Translations under genes and position numbers: made by a program
DNA from: a virus
Strand: one strand, 5' to 3'
Virus record (IMG/VR): IMGVR_UViG_3300029258_005404
Length of the DNA: 64,000 bases
The notes under the pieces: generated by a model
Seen by the model: only the letters and a program-made list of their open reading frames with translations
Told to the model about the DNA's origin: nothing
Databases searched by the model: none
Shown here: positions 21,881-32,530 of the stretch, piece after piece
Layout of the letters: each line of letters starts with the position of its first letter
How positions within the stretch are numbered: the stretch's first letter is position 1

Positions 21881-22383
21881 TATTCCTCTGATTCTATTTT
21901 TTCTGTTTTATTTTCTTCAATAAAATCCCAGAATATTTCTTCTCGATTTCCATCCCATTGATCTTTGGGGAGGTGTTTTCTTTTAACAGGTATAACTGCA
22001 CTGAAATCAGGTTCAACTTCCTTATCACCAATATTTTTCATTTCTTCATTAAGTTGCTTGAAGCGTTTATCAAATTCTGGATTTTCGCCACGCACGAGAC
22101 CTATATATTGCTCTTCAGTAAGAATTAATCTGCCATTGTCATCACGGTTATATTTTCGTGCAATAACCGCTTTTCCATTTTCGTCCTTTTGACAATGTTC
22201 AACCTTAAGAGCAACAATTTCTTCATTCAAAGCTGTTTGCTCTTCACTGTAGCCTTCTACAATGGATTTAATTGCTTTTTTAACCGCAATACACATACGA
22301 TTAAATTCCCAGACTGTTTTTTTTATACCTTGTAATGAAACAATTTCATTAAACAGCCTAATAACCTCATTGGTTCTCAACAA
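21880..22383 (-). CDS. Helical protein, possibly a tail fibre chaperone
   Basis: 167 aa, TTG start with GGAGG RBS; charged helical sequence downstream of a fibre gene. Confidence 0.45.
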   Translation of the reverse strand: MLRTNEVIRLFNEIVSLQGIKKTVWEFNRMCIAVKKAIKSIVEGYSEEQTALNEEIVALKVEHCQKDENGKAVIARKYNRDDNGRLILTEEQYIGLVRGENPEFDKRFKQLNEEMKNIGDKEVEPDFSAVIPVKRKHLPKDQWDGNREEIFWDFIEENKTEKIESEE

Positions 22384-22590
22384 AACCTCCTTTATTTTAT
22401 TGGTTAAACAATTTATTTGTTATGTATTTTATATAATTCTTGAGGCGTCATATCAATATACTTATCATATGAATCTTTATGTTTATTTTTCATTTTTAAC
22501 AAATCGATTGCTTTTAATTTATGGGCCTTTGATACATTTGGATTTTTTAATATTTTAATTAATTTTTCCTCTGTATATGTTTTATCCACA

Positions 22591-24609
22591 TTATACTCCT
22601 ATTTTTATGGTATTATCAGTTGTATCATGCCAGAGCTCATCAGTTGCCGCTCCAGCTCCGCCTTGTGTTGTTCCTGATTTCAAATAATAGGCAAATAAAC
22701 CACCATCATTTGCAATTCTTATTCTTTCTGCTGAACCGCCTACACCACTTTTATGCGTCCAAAAACCAATTCTTCCAGGAACATCATCGCTTCCCGAGGT
22801 ACCATCAACCTGTCCAATAATATTAGCAGCATCATTATTAAAATCACTACCATCATTTCCAATAAATCTGATATTTCCTAAAAATTCGTTATCGGCAACA
22901 ATTGAATTACTATGTATTATTGCTGTGGCGCTTTTTCTAAAATCAAGCATTGGACAATGATTATTGGATTCACTAAAACAAGATAATGCCAACCCACCAT
23001 GCCCTGATGCTTTTGTTATTTCCATCATATGTGAATATCCAAGTGGATCTGGGGTTGGTGTTCCAACCCCTATTCTACCAGTATCCATATCCATGGTTAA
23101 AATATATGGAATATTATAAGATAAATAGCTTGACTGATCATCATTTAAAGAATGAAAGGCAATGACGCCACCACCATTTCCAAGCATTGCAATTTTATTA
23201 TCAGATCCGGCAGTTCGATCGCACATGACTAAACCGTTTGCTGGTATAGTCCCACCATCAAGCGCTCTCTCACCTTCAAGAACTAAAAATGCCATTTCTG
23301 CTTCATCATCACTTACTATGTGTAATCCATGTCCATATGCTGCTAAATCACCATTAGCACTCCCAATATTATTAAGTGGATTTGCTGTCATAACTCCGAT
23401 ATAGCCACTTTGTTTAATATAAAGTGGATTATTATCATTTGGATAAAAAGCGGTAGCAACAGATTCAACCGTTTCATATAATGTAGTTCCAATTTCATGA
23501 GTAATTATTGGACTTGATGCAGGCGCATCCTTATAAACAGTTTTTCCAAAAGTATCCCAAGATGCTCCATTATAACCTTCAACAATAATTTGACCAATAA
23601 AATCACCACTGGAATAAGCTCCACCACCTCTTGATTTACGAATTCTTAAAGATGAACATGAATTATCAGAGGTATTATTTAACATATCAAAAATAGAATT
23701 TGTATCATCCCATGCTAATTTTGTTGAATCGGTAACCGCAGAACCAGATTCGAATAAAACTCTTCCAGTATTATAACTTCCTGGGGTATCAGATAATGCA
23801 AGAAATGTTGTGGCGCCGGCGTTATCATCAACATATCCTTGAGTTACAAATTTATCATTGTCAGCAGAACCAGTTGTTACTGAAATGATTCCATCAAGTA
23901 GCCCAAGCTCGCTTGTTGTAATAGCAGAGCTCTCAATTATTGCTCCGCCAGAACTAATCATTACCCTATCATTATTTAATGCAGTACTGCTGTTTGTCCC
24001 TCCTTGGGCAACTGGAACAACCGATATAAAATTAATACCATCAGGAACGCCATTAACAGCCAAAATTTTATTTGCACTTCCAGTATAATTAATCGGAGTA
24101 TCAGATAGTTCTATAAATTCATCCAATCCAGATGCGACATCGTCAACATACCCTTGTGTTACCAATTTATCATTATTTGATATTCCGGTTGAAACAGAGA
24201 CCATATTATCAAGCAACGCTAATTCAGATGTTGTAATTACACTTTCAACAATAGAGCCGCCATTACTAATCATAACCCTTCCATTATTTAAAGCAACATC
24301 ACTATTTGTTCCTCCAAGATTAATAGGAAGTTTTGCAACTGTTTGAAGTGAACCTGTCGCTAGATTGGTAACAACACCTTCCGTGGTAAGACTCAATATT
24401 TGAGCATCTCCAGCGGCACCAATCTCTATACCAGCAACACCAATCGGGCTGTATATTTTATTATGCTGATGCCCTGATACTTCTTTTCCAACGGTGATTG
24501 CGTCACCAACAACTGTATCAATAAGGTCTTCCCACGCGCTTGATTCACGCGGGGCCCATGGTTTTGGCGTATCTAAATAATTAAGGTCGAAACCTTTATA
24601 GTCTGCCAT
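22591..24609 (-). CDS. Tail fibre protein with internal ~90-aa duplication
   Basis: 672 aa; two copies of P...GGTN...LNN.RVMIS.GG.I.ES..ITTSEL.LLD...NDK.VTQGYVDD...F..LSDTP; fibre-type RIGVGTPTP and ERIRIANDG segments. Confidence 0.7.
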   Translation of the reverse strand: MADYKGFDLNYLDTPKPWAPRESSAWEDLIDTVVGDAITVGKEVSGHQHNKIYSPIGVAGIEIGAAGDAQILSLTTEGVVTNLATGSLQTVAKLPINLGGTNSDVALNNGRVMISNGGSIVESVITTSELALLDNMVSVSTGISNNDKLVTQGYVDDVASGLDEFIELSDTPINYTGSANKILAVNGVPDGINFISVVPVAQGGTNSSTALNNDRVMISSGGAIIESSAITTSELGLLDGIISVTTGSADNDKFVTQGYVDDNAGATTFLALSDTPGSYNTGRVLFESGSAVTDSTKLAWDDTNSIFDMLNNTSDNSCSSLRIRKSRGGGAYSSGDFIGQIIVEGYNGASWDTFGKTVYKDAPASSPIITHEIGTTLYETVESVATAFYPNDNNPLYIKQSGYIGVMTANPLNNIGSANGDLAAYGHGLHIVSDDEAEMAFLVLEGERALDGGTIPANGLVMCDRTAGSDNKIAMLGNGGGVIAFHSLNDDQSSYLSYNIPYILTMDMDTGRIGVGTPTPDPLGYSHMMEITKASGHGGLALSCFSESNNHCPMLDFRKSATAIIHSNSIVADNEFLGNIRFIGNDGSDFNNDAANIIGQVDGTSGSDDVPGRIGFWTHKSGVGGSAERIRIANDGGLFAYYLKSGTTQGGAGAATDELWHDTTDNTIKIGV

Positions 24610-24627
24610 ACAAAGCTCCTTGTTGGC

Positions 24628-27600
24628 TTATAACTTTTGCACGTTTAGGTTTACAATCCTAAAGAAATCGATTGTCCTTATTGCAAGCTCATCGGTAAAT
24701 GTACCCATTTCTTGATCCCATTCATTATTCCATTTGGTATATGAAATTTCGATAGGCTCCTGAACATTATTAACCAACTCTTCATTATAGAGATAACTAA
24801 TAAAATTACGTATCGAAAATACACCATCAATATTATCATCAACATACTTTCTTATCTCAGTTATCAACTGGTCATCATTAATATCACCAGTATAGAAAAT
24901 AGTAAAACTTAAATCACATGGAATTTTATGTTTAACAAGAACGTCTCCATATATCTTTTGATAAATAGAACCTTCAAAGAAATCTTGAATACGCTCAATT
25001 TCAGGGTATGTTCTATATTCAACGGTGATTACGTCTGCATCTGATTCATTAAGAACAATGTGCTTTTTTTCTTTTGAAGAGTTAATCATAATAGGGTCAG
25101 GATTTATTATTGTATACTCTGTTTCAGCAAGAGCTTCTGTATCACTGACAGTTGTTCCAATTGTTATTGATACTATCTCTACTACAGGCATTTTACAATC
25201 ATTTTCAAGACTCATCTCAAAATAAGTATCAATAGGTTGCTTAACAATAGTTGTAGTAACAATTTCATATTCTTCCGAATTGTTTAAGGTTGCCAAATGA
25301 ATATCAGCTTTATTATTTGCATGATATGATGCAATATTAGCACTTTCAACTTTTATATAATCAATACGAAGCAATGAGTGAATATCATCTCTAACATCCC
25401 CATTGTAACGTATCGAACCTTTAGATTTTCCAGTAGTAATAATCATGATAAAAATATTTTTACCGTATTTGCTATCAACGAGATATCTATCGAGATTAGC
25501 AATATTGTGACGCAAAAGGCCATTTGCAATACTTTTTGAACTATCAGGATTTGATATCCCATTGGCTTCAGACCAACCGCCCCTCGTTAATTCAGATGAC
25601 CCGGACGCCGCTGTTTGGACCTCTTTGTCCCATATAAAAGCCTGGTATCCATCAGCGCTTGAGCCGCTTATAGCGCTTCTACCATACGCTCTTAGGAAAA
25701 TAAAAGCCGGACTTTCAATACCATCCATATTAATTGCATAAAGAGCCATACCGGCAGATGGATTCATATCAAATGCTTTGAGATTATTGACACGCCATAC
25801 ATATTCAGGAACAAGTGTTTCAGTATCAAGGGTCACTTTCATTGTTGTCCCATATCTATTATTATATGGAGAAAGTAATCCGTTTCTATCCGGATCAGAA
25901 AATATCCCAAGAACCTTACGTGGAAGTTCAAAATGCAGCTCGTTTTCCTTTTCATCCGGATCTGATGGCTGTTGTTCACTTGTTTTATAAAGATAAAGTG
26001 ATACACGAAGATCATCGTATATAATAAATTCAAATTCGTATTCGATACCTGGCTGGATTCTAAATTCTTTCTCAGCAAGTGCTCCTATATCTGAAACAGA
26101 AATATGATCACTTATATCGAAGTCTGTTGCATATACTTGTGCTGTACCATATTTCTCATTATGGGCAAAATAAATAACAGCATTAGGGGTATCAATATCA
26201 CCATCATCGTAAATATCGACCATTCTAACACCAAACCCGACACCGGTATATCCATCAACCAGATTGGCATCATTTATACCACCAACCATAATCTGTAAAT
26301 TGCTGTTTAATATATCAGATTCAGGATCGTCTCCAGGATCAGGATAAATAAATGAACCAGTAAGTTTAACCCCCGTTCTCTTAAGGATATCTCTTCCTAA
26401 TGATATAGATTCATACGCGCCCCCGGCGAGACGTATTTCATTACTGTACATATTGATTACATTGATATTTTGCGCATCATCTGAAAGACGCCCAAAGTTA
26501 CCAGGCTTCATTCCATGAGCACCAAACCTCCATTCATCTGAATTTGGAAGTACAGATTCAAACCCTATATTTTCATCATCAATGTTATATAAATCGTTTG
26601 TAGATACTTCCATAAGTCGTTTATAATCATTAAAAAATAGACCTTTATACATATCATCAGTGCATTCCTGGTCTAAAGGAAATCCGAGGAATGCCGGATC
26701 GCTCAATCTTGGATCTGTTTGGTCTGGATTAAAAGCTGATGATGATTGCTCAATTGTGAGTGGGTATCTATAATCTGATACCGCTGAATGTGGGCCCCAA
26801 TACCTATCAGATTGAAGGCTTCCAACATTAGGTGGAAATATTCCATACCATCCAATGTGTTTAACTATATTCTCACCATTCAGCTTCCCAAGATAATCAG
26901 CTTTTTTAAAAGGGATTGATAGATCCACACCGGTAATAAGATCGCGCTGCATATACCGGTCGCCTGAACCTGCAATATACATTGCATTAATAACCGGAAA
27001 GAATTCTGGAAGAAGCACAATCATACTTTTCTTATTCATCATACTGCGATCGTTTATAGCATATACTAAACGATTAAAATATTCTTCATTAGTTTCATAC
27101 TTTGAGCCACGAATTATATTTTCTGGATTAGTTACAGAATGGTAAGTGAATTCTATATTAATAAGCTGTGTTATTTCATTGGCGTCAGTATTGTATTCGT
27201 CACCTTTTGAAACGGCAATAATTGGTATATTGATATAATACAATGCTATCCTGTTTGTTGAATTTAAAAAAGAACTTCCTGATATTTTTCCTGGCTGTGT
27301 TGGCCTGTATTGTAAACCGGAATTCGATACAAAACGTGCTATTGTTGATATTTCTATATTCTTTTTTTCATTGAAATAAATTCTTGCCAACCCTGTTGAA
27401 AAGTCTCCTTCTATTCTACCAAGAAAAAATTTATTACCAAAGATGTTTAATTCCGCATCAGTCATTGTTTCCCATAAAGAGATGTTATTAATCCTTCTTT
27501 GTTCGGAAAGAGCATTATAAAAATCAGATAAAACCAGCCCTGCAGGCTTGACTGCAAGGTCATCAATAACAGTCCCTCTCTGGCCTCTTGAATTTGAATA

Positions 27601-27642
27601 CTCAGACCATTTTTTTCTCAAAAAAGCCCAAAAATCAAACAT
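24628..27642 (-). CDS. Baseplate J-like wedge protein
   Basis: N-terminal pattern RFVSNSGLQY...IIAVSKGDEYN...VTNPENIIRGSKYETNEEYFNR matches baseplate J/gp47-type proteins. Confidence 0.75.
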   Translation of the reverse strand: MFDFWAFLRKKWSEYSNSRGQRGTVIDDLAVKPAGLVLSDFYNALSEQRRINNISLWETMTDAELNIFGNKFFLGRIEGDFSTGLARIYFNEKKNIEISTIARFVSNSGLQYRPTQPGKISGSSFLNSTNRIALYYINIPIIAVSKGDEYNTDANEITQLINIEFTYHSVTNPENIIRGSKYETNEEYFNRLVYAINDRSMMNKKSMIVLLPEFFPVINAMYIAGSGDRYMQRDLITGVDLSIPFKKADYLGKLNGENIVKHIGWYGIFPPNVGSLQSDRYWGPHSAVSDYRYPLTIEQSSSAFNPDQTDPRLSDPAFLGFPLDQECTDDMYKGLFFNDYKRLMEVSTNDLYNIDDENIGFESVLPNSDEWRFGAHGMKPGNFGRLSDDAQNINVINMYSNEIRLAGGAYESISLGRDILKRTGVKLTGSFIYPDPGDDPESDILNSNLQIMVGGINDANLVDGYTGVGFGVRMVDIYDDGDIDTPNAVIYFAHNEKYGTAQVYATDFDISDHISVSDIGALAEKEFRIQPGIEYEFEFIIYDDLRVSLYLYKTSEQQPSDPDEKENELHFELPRKVLGIFSDPDRNGLLSPYNNRYGTTMKVTLDTETLVPEYVWRVNNLKAFDMNPSAGMALYAINMDGIESPAFIFLRAYGRSAISGSSADGYQAFIWDKEVQTAASGSSELTRGGWSEANGISNPDSSKSIANGLLRHNIANLDRYLVDSKYGKNIFIMIITTGKSKGSIRYNGDVRDDIHSLLRIDYIKVESANIASYHANNKADIHLATLNNSEEYEIVTTTIVKQPIDTYFEMSLENDCKMPVVEIVSITIGTTVSDTEALAETEYTIINPDPIMINSSKEKKHIVLNESDADVITVEYRTYPEIERIQDFFEGSIYQKIYGDVLVKHKIPCDLSFTIFYTGDINDDQLITEIRKYVDDNIDGVFSIRNFISYLYNEELVNNVQEPIEISYTKWNNEWDQEMGTFTDELAIRTIDFFRIVNLNVQKL

Positions 27643-27645
27643 ACT

Positions 27646-28089
27646 TTAAGTCCTTTTGATAATAGGTAAGTTGAACACTAAATTTTGATAAAGTTCAACT
27701 TCTACAGGATGCACTTGTATCTGCGCAAATACAACGTCATTAATTATTTCCAGATTTATAAGTTCAGCGCTATCAATTTTTTCGGTATCAGGAATACCTT
27801 CAGGCTCATCATTTTTCATTGATTCAATGGTCTTATCGATTGAAACAGATATTCCTCCTGCTATACTTTGTGGATCATTTAATACCTGTGGCCTATTGAT
27901 ATATTTTTCCGCATCCCCAGCATATTCATCTATAACAAGTCTTTCACCAAATAAATATCTTTTTGTTTTGGTTAGAAATGTTATCTCAAAACGATTAAGT
28001 AATGCACGATTTCCATCAATCCCTTGAGGATTGTCACCTATGGCAATTTCAAATTGCTCTCTTAAATCTGTAATGAAATCAATGTCCAT
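27646..28089 (-). CDS. gp25/GPW-like baseplate protein
   Basis: 147 aa directly upstream of the J-like gene; IDGNRALLNRFEITFLTK start and beta-hairpin C-terminus fit the gp25 fold. Confidence 0.6.
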   Translation of the reverse strand: MDIDFITDLREQFEIAIGDNPQGIDGNRALLNRFEITFLTKTKRYLFGERLVIDEYAGDAEKYINRPQVLNDPQSIAGGISVSIDKTIESMKNDEPEGIPDTEKIDSAELINLEIINDVVFAQIQVHPVEVELYQNLVFNLPIIKRT

Positions 28090-28128
28090 AATATTAAAAT
28101 AGTAATAAAACCCTTATAACGCTATTGA

Positions 28129-30207
28129 TTAATCTATGCTTCCAAAAGTATCCGGAGGTAATTCATTAAAATCTTTTTGCGTAAATTCAGCATTCATATC
28201 CCAATTATCTATATATGATCGCGCACCAATTAACCTTCCTTCATTTTCCTCTATAGTTGCTATGAAATTTAAATCTATTTCCGATGGAGGAATACAGGCA
28301 TTTGCAAGAGCCGCAGCTTCTGCAGCTTCAGCATTATTATAAAGATCAGGGTAGGCCGCACGACAATTTGCGTATGTTGGCATAGTATCATCAAGGCCAC
28401 CCTTTATTATAGATGTTACAATATCTGCAGTCACTGCTGCAATACTCATTCCAGTTGCGAAATTTTCAAGTAATCCTGCATTTGCAAGAATTCGTGAAAG
28501 GTTTCCAGCTTCCGATGACATATATGGAGTATATGAATTTAAAGTATTTAATACTACTGAATTGTGATTAAGTAAAACTTTAAATGTATTATTTAAACTT
28601 TTAAGTATATTTGCTATTTCTCTTCTGTCATCTTCATCATTAGAAATAGCTAATGGTGGAACTTTTGCAAGAACTGTTATTGCATCTGCTATCATTTGTA
28701 TATATGGGCTTATTTTACTATCTGTTGGCGATACCGCCCACACACCAACCTCTCCATCCCAATCAGGAATTTGTTCGAGAGCTTTATAAAATTTTTCAAA
28801 ATCGTCATTAGCAAATTGTAAAACATCATCAGAATTAATCAAATCAGCCAAACTTTGAGTTATTGTTCCATCAAGTAACGCATCTGCTGATGATAATAAT
28901 CCATATCCTGTCGATACTGTTGTTGCTAATTCTGTTGAACTTATTTTTGCAGACGGGGTTTCATATCTAGCCACATTCTCAGAAAAATCTTCTTCTGCAA
29001 CTTCCATTAGTGATTGTGCCGTCTCAATTGATTTAATTGCTGCAGACGCCGAGGCATTTGATGTCTTTCTTAACATATCAATAATTTCATTGATAAGATT
29101 TGTAATCAAATTTCTTATATCGTAGATTGCATTACAAAGAGCCTGGCTCCTAATATAAGCAGAATATGCATCTTTTAAATTTTCAACAAATGCTGCAAGA
29201 TTATTTCCTAAATTATTTATATCATTTGAAAATTCAGCAGCAATTCCGCCAATTGCGTTAAAATATGTGCTTTTATCTATCGCAGCTTGTGCTGTTGCTT
29301 CTAATTCTGCAGCGTGTAATTTTTCTTTATACTCTGTATCAAGAACATTTCTTTTTATCGCATATTCATGTCGCAATTTTTCTTCTTCAAGAGCATTTTT
29401 TAGACTTTCACTATTTTTACTTATTAATGCAGATTGATTACTATACCATAAAGAAAGTTCTTTTCTACTTTTTTTATAATTACTATCTATTTTTTCTTTT
29501 AATTCTTTGTACCGTTTGTCGCGATTTTGTTCAACTTTTTTTGTTATTTGAAATTTTGTATCAACAATAGAATCCGGCTTTGTGATACTTATTGCCTGTT
29601 CAAGATTAAATTGCATCTGACGATATTTTGTTTCATTAAAAACAGCATTTCTTGCTCCACTTTCTTCTGATGGATCGCCCTCAAGCTCGGTTATAATATC
29701 AATAGAAAGAAATATTGCTTCCTGAATATATGGAAGTGCCGTTTTTAATTGTTCATAATACCGTGAACCTCCAATACCTTGCGTCCATTTAAGTATGATA
29801 TATAATATTGTACGCATGTTACGTCTTGCCTCTCGTAGCAACTTCCTTTCTTCATTAGCCGCCTTAACCGCTTCTTTATGAGGAATTGCCACGAGAGAAA
29901 ATATTGCTGTAGGATTTGCTAAAAGGATTTTCAATATCGATGAAAGAATAGATTCAAGTAATGTACTTGCCATTCCTGAAACAGAACCAAGCATTGATTT
30001 GGCAATAGATCCAGCTGCTGATGATATTGCTGAAATTGTTTCTGCCGACATTACATCAAGTAAATTAACAATTCCATATTTCAACTTGGCTTTATTTTCT
30101 AATAACGATTTAAGTTTCTGCGAAATTTCTCTCACACGCTTAATAATCTTGACAATAGAAATTTGCGTTTTGAGTATTGTTTCGCATGCTTGTTTTTGAG
30201 GGGGCAT
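28129..30207 (-). CDS. Alpha-helical/coiled-coil protein, probably virion-associated
   Basis: 692 aa, Ala/Ser/Leu/Glu-rich helices. Confidence 0.6.
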   Translation of the reverse strand: MPPQKQACETILKTQISIVKIIKRVREISQKLKSLLENKAKLKYGIVNLLDVMSAETISAISSAAGSIAKSMLGSVSGMASTLLESILSSILKILLANPTAIFSLVAIPHKEAVKAANEERKLLREARRNMRTILYIILKWTQGIGGSRYYEQLKTALPYIQEAIFLSIDIITELEGDPSEESGARNAVFNETKYRQMQFNLEQAISITKPDSIVDTKFQITKKVEQNRDKRYKELKEKIDSNYKKSRKELSLWYSNQSALISKNSESLKNALEEEKLRHEYAIKRNVLDTEYKEKLHAAELEATAQAAIDKSTYFNAIGGIAAEFSNDINNLGNNLAAFVENLKDAYSAYIRSQALCNAIYDIRNLITNLINEIIDMLRKTSNASASAAIKSIETAQSLMEVAEEDFSENVARYETPSAKISSTELATTVSTGYGLLSSADALLDGTITQSLADLINSDDVLQFANDDFEKFYKALEQIPDWDGEVGVWAVSPTDSKISPYIQMIADAITVLAKVPPLAISNDEDDRREIANILKSLNNTFKVLLNHNSVVLNTLNSYTPYMSSEAGNLSRILANAGLLENFATGMSIAAVTADIVTSIIKGGLDDTMPTYANCRAAYPDLYNNAEAAEAAALANACIPPSEIDLNFIATIEENEGRLIGARSYIDNWDMNAEFTQKDFNELPPDTFGSID

Positions 30208-30262
30208 TATTTTTTTTCCTTATCATTCTTTTTATACGTTGCCGCGATAGTATTAATCCTCA

Positions 30263-32086
30263 TTATGACAGTCTGGGGCCGAAAAGCGCACCACCAATAC
30301 CACCTACAATACCACCTGATATTATCCGCCTCGGAAGGTATTCCCAGTATCTCGCTCTTGCTTTTTCCTTTTCCGTCTCGACACGATTCTTGTAATCTTC
30401 AACACTCTCCAGACTTCTTCTTCTACTCACCTTGTGCTTATAAGGAAAGGCAGAGCCAACCGCACCAATAACACCACCCACTGCAGCTCTGGTTAAAACA
30501 GGATGCTCTATTGCTGCATGGGTCATCATGGCAACGCCGTCACCTATCATCTTTGAAAGTTTGGCAGCAATTGCCGATTTTGATGACAATTTAATTATCT
30601 CACTATAAAAAGAACTATTATAGGATGATTCCTTTTGCATTCCCTCTTCCTTAAAAATATCAAGGAATTTATCAAGAAGTTCCTGTTTATTTTTACTTAG
30701 ATTTTCTAAGTATTGATCGGCAGATGTGTCAGACTTTTTCCTGAAAACTTTTTGTATAATATTTTTGGGAATTGTCGTTTGGTATTTTATTACATCAACT
30801 TTCCTTTCATCGCTTGGGAGGTTTTCATGAGATTTGTATCTAATTCCCCTACCGATAACCTGCTCGATCCTTGATTGGTTCCAGTGCGGCTCAACTATCT
30901 GAATAGAACGGGTCTCTTTTAGGTCAAGACCCTCTGAGCCTGCTCCGCTTACCAGAATTGCCTTTACCTCACCTTTATTGTATTTATCAACAGATTCCTT
31001 TTTCTTCTTGTCATTTAACTGGCCGGTAAAACGGGCGTATGGTATACCACGCCTCTCCATCTCCTCTGCAATAATATCAACACCAGCGCCAATATAATTT
31101 GAGTACACAATACCTTTATGCTTCTTATTCTTTTTTACCTTTTCTTCAAAATCATCAACAACAGCTTTAAGTTTTGGTGAAATCATTTCTTTACCACCAT
31201 ACGGCCTCGTAGTATTGGATACCTGCCTTGCCGCAGTCATAAATGCATTTAATTCTTTCAGCTCTTTCTTTGATAAAGGCATGTTCATACGAATTTTTAA
31301 CGCAACGACAGGATTGGCCCTTTTGGTAATATATTGATAATATTTAACTTGCTCTGGTGATGCCTCAACTCCCTTCACCTCATCGATACGATCTGGATAG
31401 TTTTCTTCACCGGGCTTATAATAATGAACCTTTCCCTTAATAGCTCCTTTAATCTCATCAACGTGCCTGGGGTAAAATTCGACACCCGGCTTCATACCCA
31501 TCAAATACTTTAATGGTGATAAGCCAATCACCTTCTCTCCAACAAATTTTGTATTAAACATATATGGGTCAAGAGGTATATTCCTCGCTTCTGGAGTCAA
31601 CGTTCTTATAATTGGCGCAAGCTCATACGGATGGTTCGTCGCAGGGGTTCCGGTTAAAAGTATCCTTTTCGGGTATGATAGTGCAGACCCAACAACTGCC
31701 TGCGAAGTCATTGTATCATGCCTACCAATGCGCTGAGGCTCATCGAATACAACAGCTTTTGCTCCTGGAGTTGGGCCCTCTTTTATGAACTTATTATAAG
31801 AAACAACATTCCTCTTCGCACCCCCAGGTGTAGTAAATTTATCAAGCTCCTTTTTATAATTCTCTCTGAGAGATGCAGGCACAACAACATCAACAGAGCC
31901 ACCATCTTCAGTTCCGGCAATTGATGTTATTGTCTTTCCTGAACCCAAATGGTGGAGTAGAAGAAGAGCATTTTCTTTATCAAGCTTTTTTAAAGCTTCA
32001 GACTGGTGCTGCAATAACTCGCCTTTAAACTTCGATAATTTTTCAATTTCAGATATAAAAGCTTGTTTATAAATACTATAATTCAT
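30263..32086 (-). CDS. Superfamily 2 (SNF2/NPH-I-like) helicase with glycine-zipper-like C-terminal extension
   Basis: Walker A HHLGSGKT, motif II VVFDEPQ, motif III LLTGTP, motif V SGAGSEGLDLK, motif VI QVIGRGIRYKSH. Confidence 0.85.
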   Translation of the reverse strand: MNYSIYKQAFISEIEKLSKFKGELLQHQSEALKKLDKENALLLLHHLGSGKTITSIAGTEDGGSVDVVVPASLRENYKKELDKFTTPGGAKRNVVSYNKFIKEGPTPGAKAVVFDEPQRIGRHDTMTSQAVVGSALSYPKRILLTGTPATNHPYELAPIIRTLTPEARNIPLDPYMFNTKFVGEKVIGLSPLKYLMGMKPGVEFYPRHVDEIKGAIKGKVHYYKPGEENYPDRIDEVKGVEASPEQVKYYQYITKRANPVVALKIRMNMPLSKKELKELNAFMTAARQVSNTTRPYGGKEMISPKLKAVVDDFEEKVKKNKKHKGIVYSNYIGAGVDIIAEEMERRGIPYARFTGQLNDKKKKESVDKYNKGEVKAILVSGAGSEGLDLKETRSIQIVEPHWNQSRIEQVIGRGIRYKSHENLPSDERKVDVIKYQTTIPKNIIQKVFRKKSDTSADQYLENLSKNKQELLDKFLDIFKEEGMQKESSYNSSFYSEIIKLSSKSAIAAKLSKMIGDGVAMMTHAAIEHPVLTRAAVGGVIGAVGSAFPYKHKVSRRRSLESVEDYKNRVETEKEKARARYWEYLPRRIISGGIVGGIGGALFGPRLS

Positions 32087-32109
32087 AATTTATTCTTTCT
32101 TACAATTTT

Positions 32110-32520
32110 TTAGTTTTTTGAAAAATAGGATTTTGCACCCAATCCAGCTAAACCAATACCGCCAGCCGTCGCAACACCCCTTGCAACAGATGGAATACCT
32201 GTTCTTTCCAGATTTTTTCTGGCAAGACCCGTATGATATGCATAACTAATATCACCCGGGCTTCCCATAGCAAATTGCGGCCTTCTCATTCCTGCTTTCG
32301 GAGTAATCGCTGCTTTTGCCGCGGCACTATGCATTTGATATCTTTTGAACCGTTCTGCCTTGGCACCTATTGATGTAGGAAGCCTTTTGATTTTTCGACC
32401 AATGGTTCCAATTATTTTACGCCCATGTCGTTTAACAATATTACCGAAACCTGATTGGGCAATTTTCTCTATCTCATCTTCAAAAGCAGCCATATAAACA
32501 TCATAATAAACATTGTTCAT
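32110..32520 (-). CDS. Small basic protein with AFEDEIEKIA motif and C-terminal glycine-rich hydrophobic helix
   Basis: Start reassigned to ATG 32520 (GAGGT RBS, avoids overlap with the sigma gene); MNNVYYDVYMAAFEDEIEKIAQ. Confidence 0.6.
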   Translation of the reverse strand: MNNVYYDVYMAAFEDEIEKIAQSGFGNIVKRHGRKIIGTIGRKIKRLPTSIGAKAERFKRYQMHSAAAKAAITPKAGMRRPQFAMGSPGDISYAYHTGLARKNLERTGIPSVARGVATAGGIGLAGLGAKSYFSKN

Positions 32521-32530
32521 AATCCATACC

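Noticed and set aside
22384-22590. 200-bp AT-rich gap as a replication origin or RNA gene
   Set aside because: No iterons, DnaA boxes or strong structure seen; most likely a promoter/terminator spacer.
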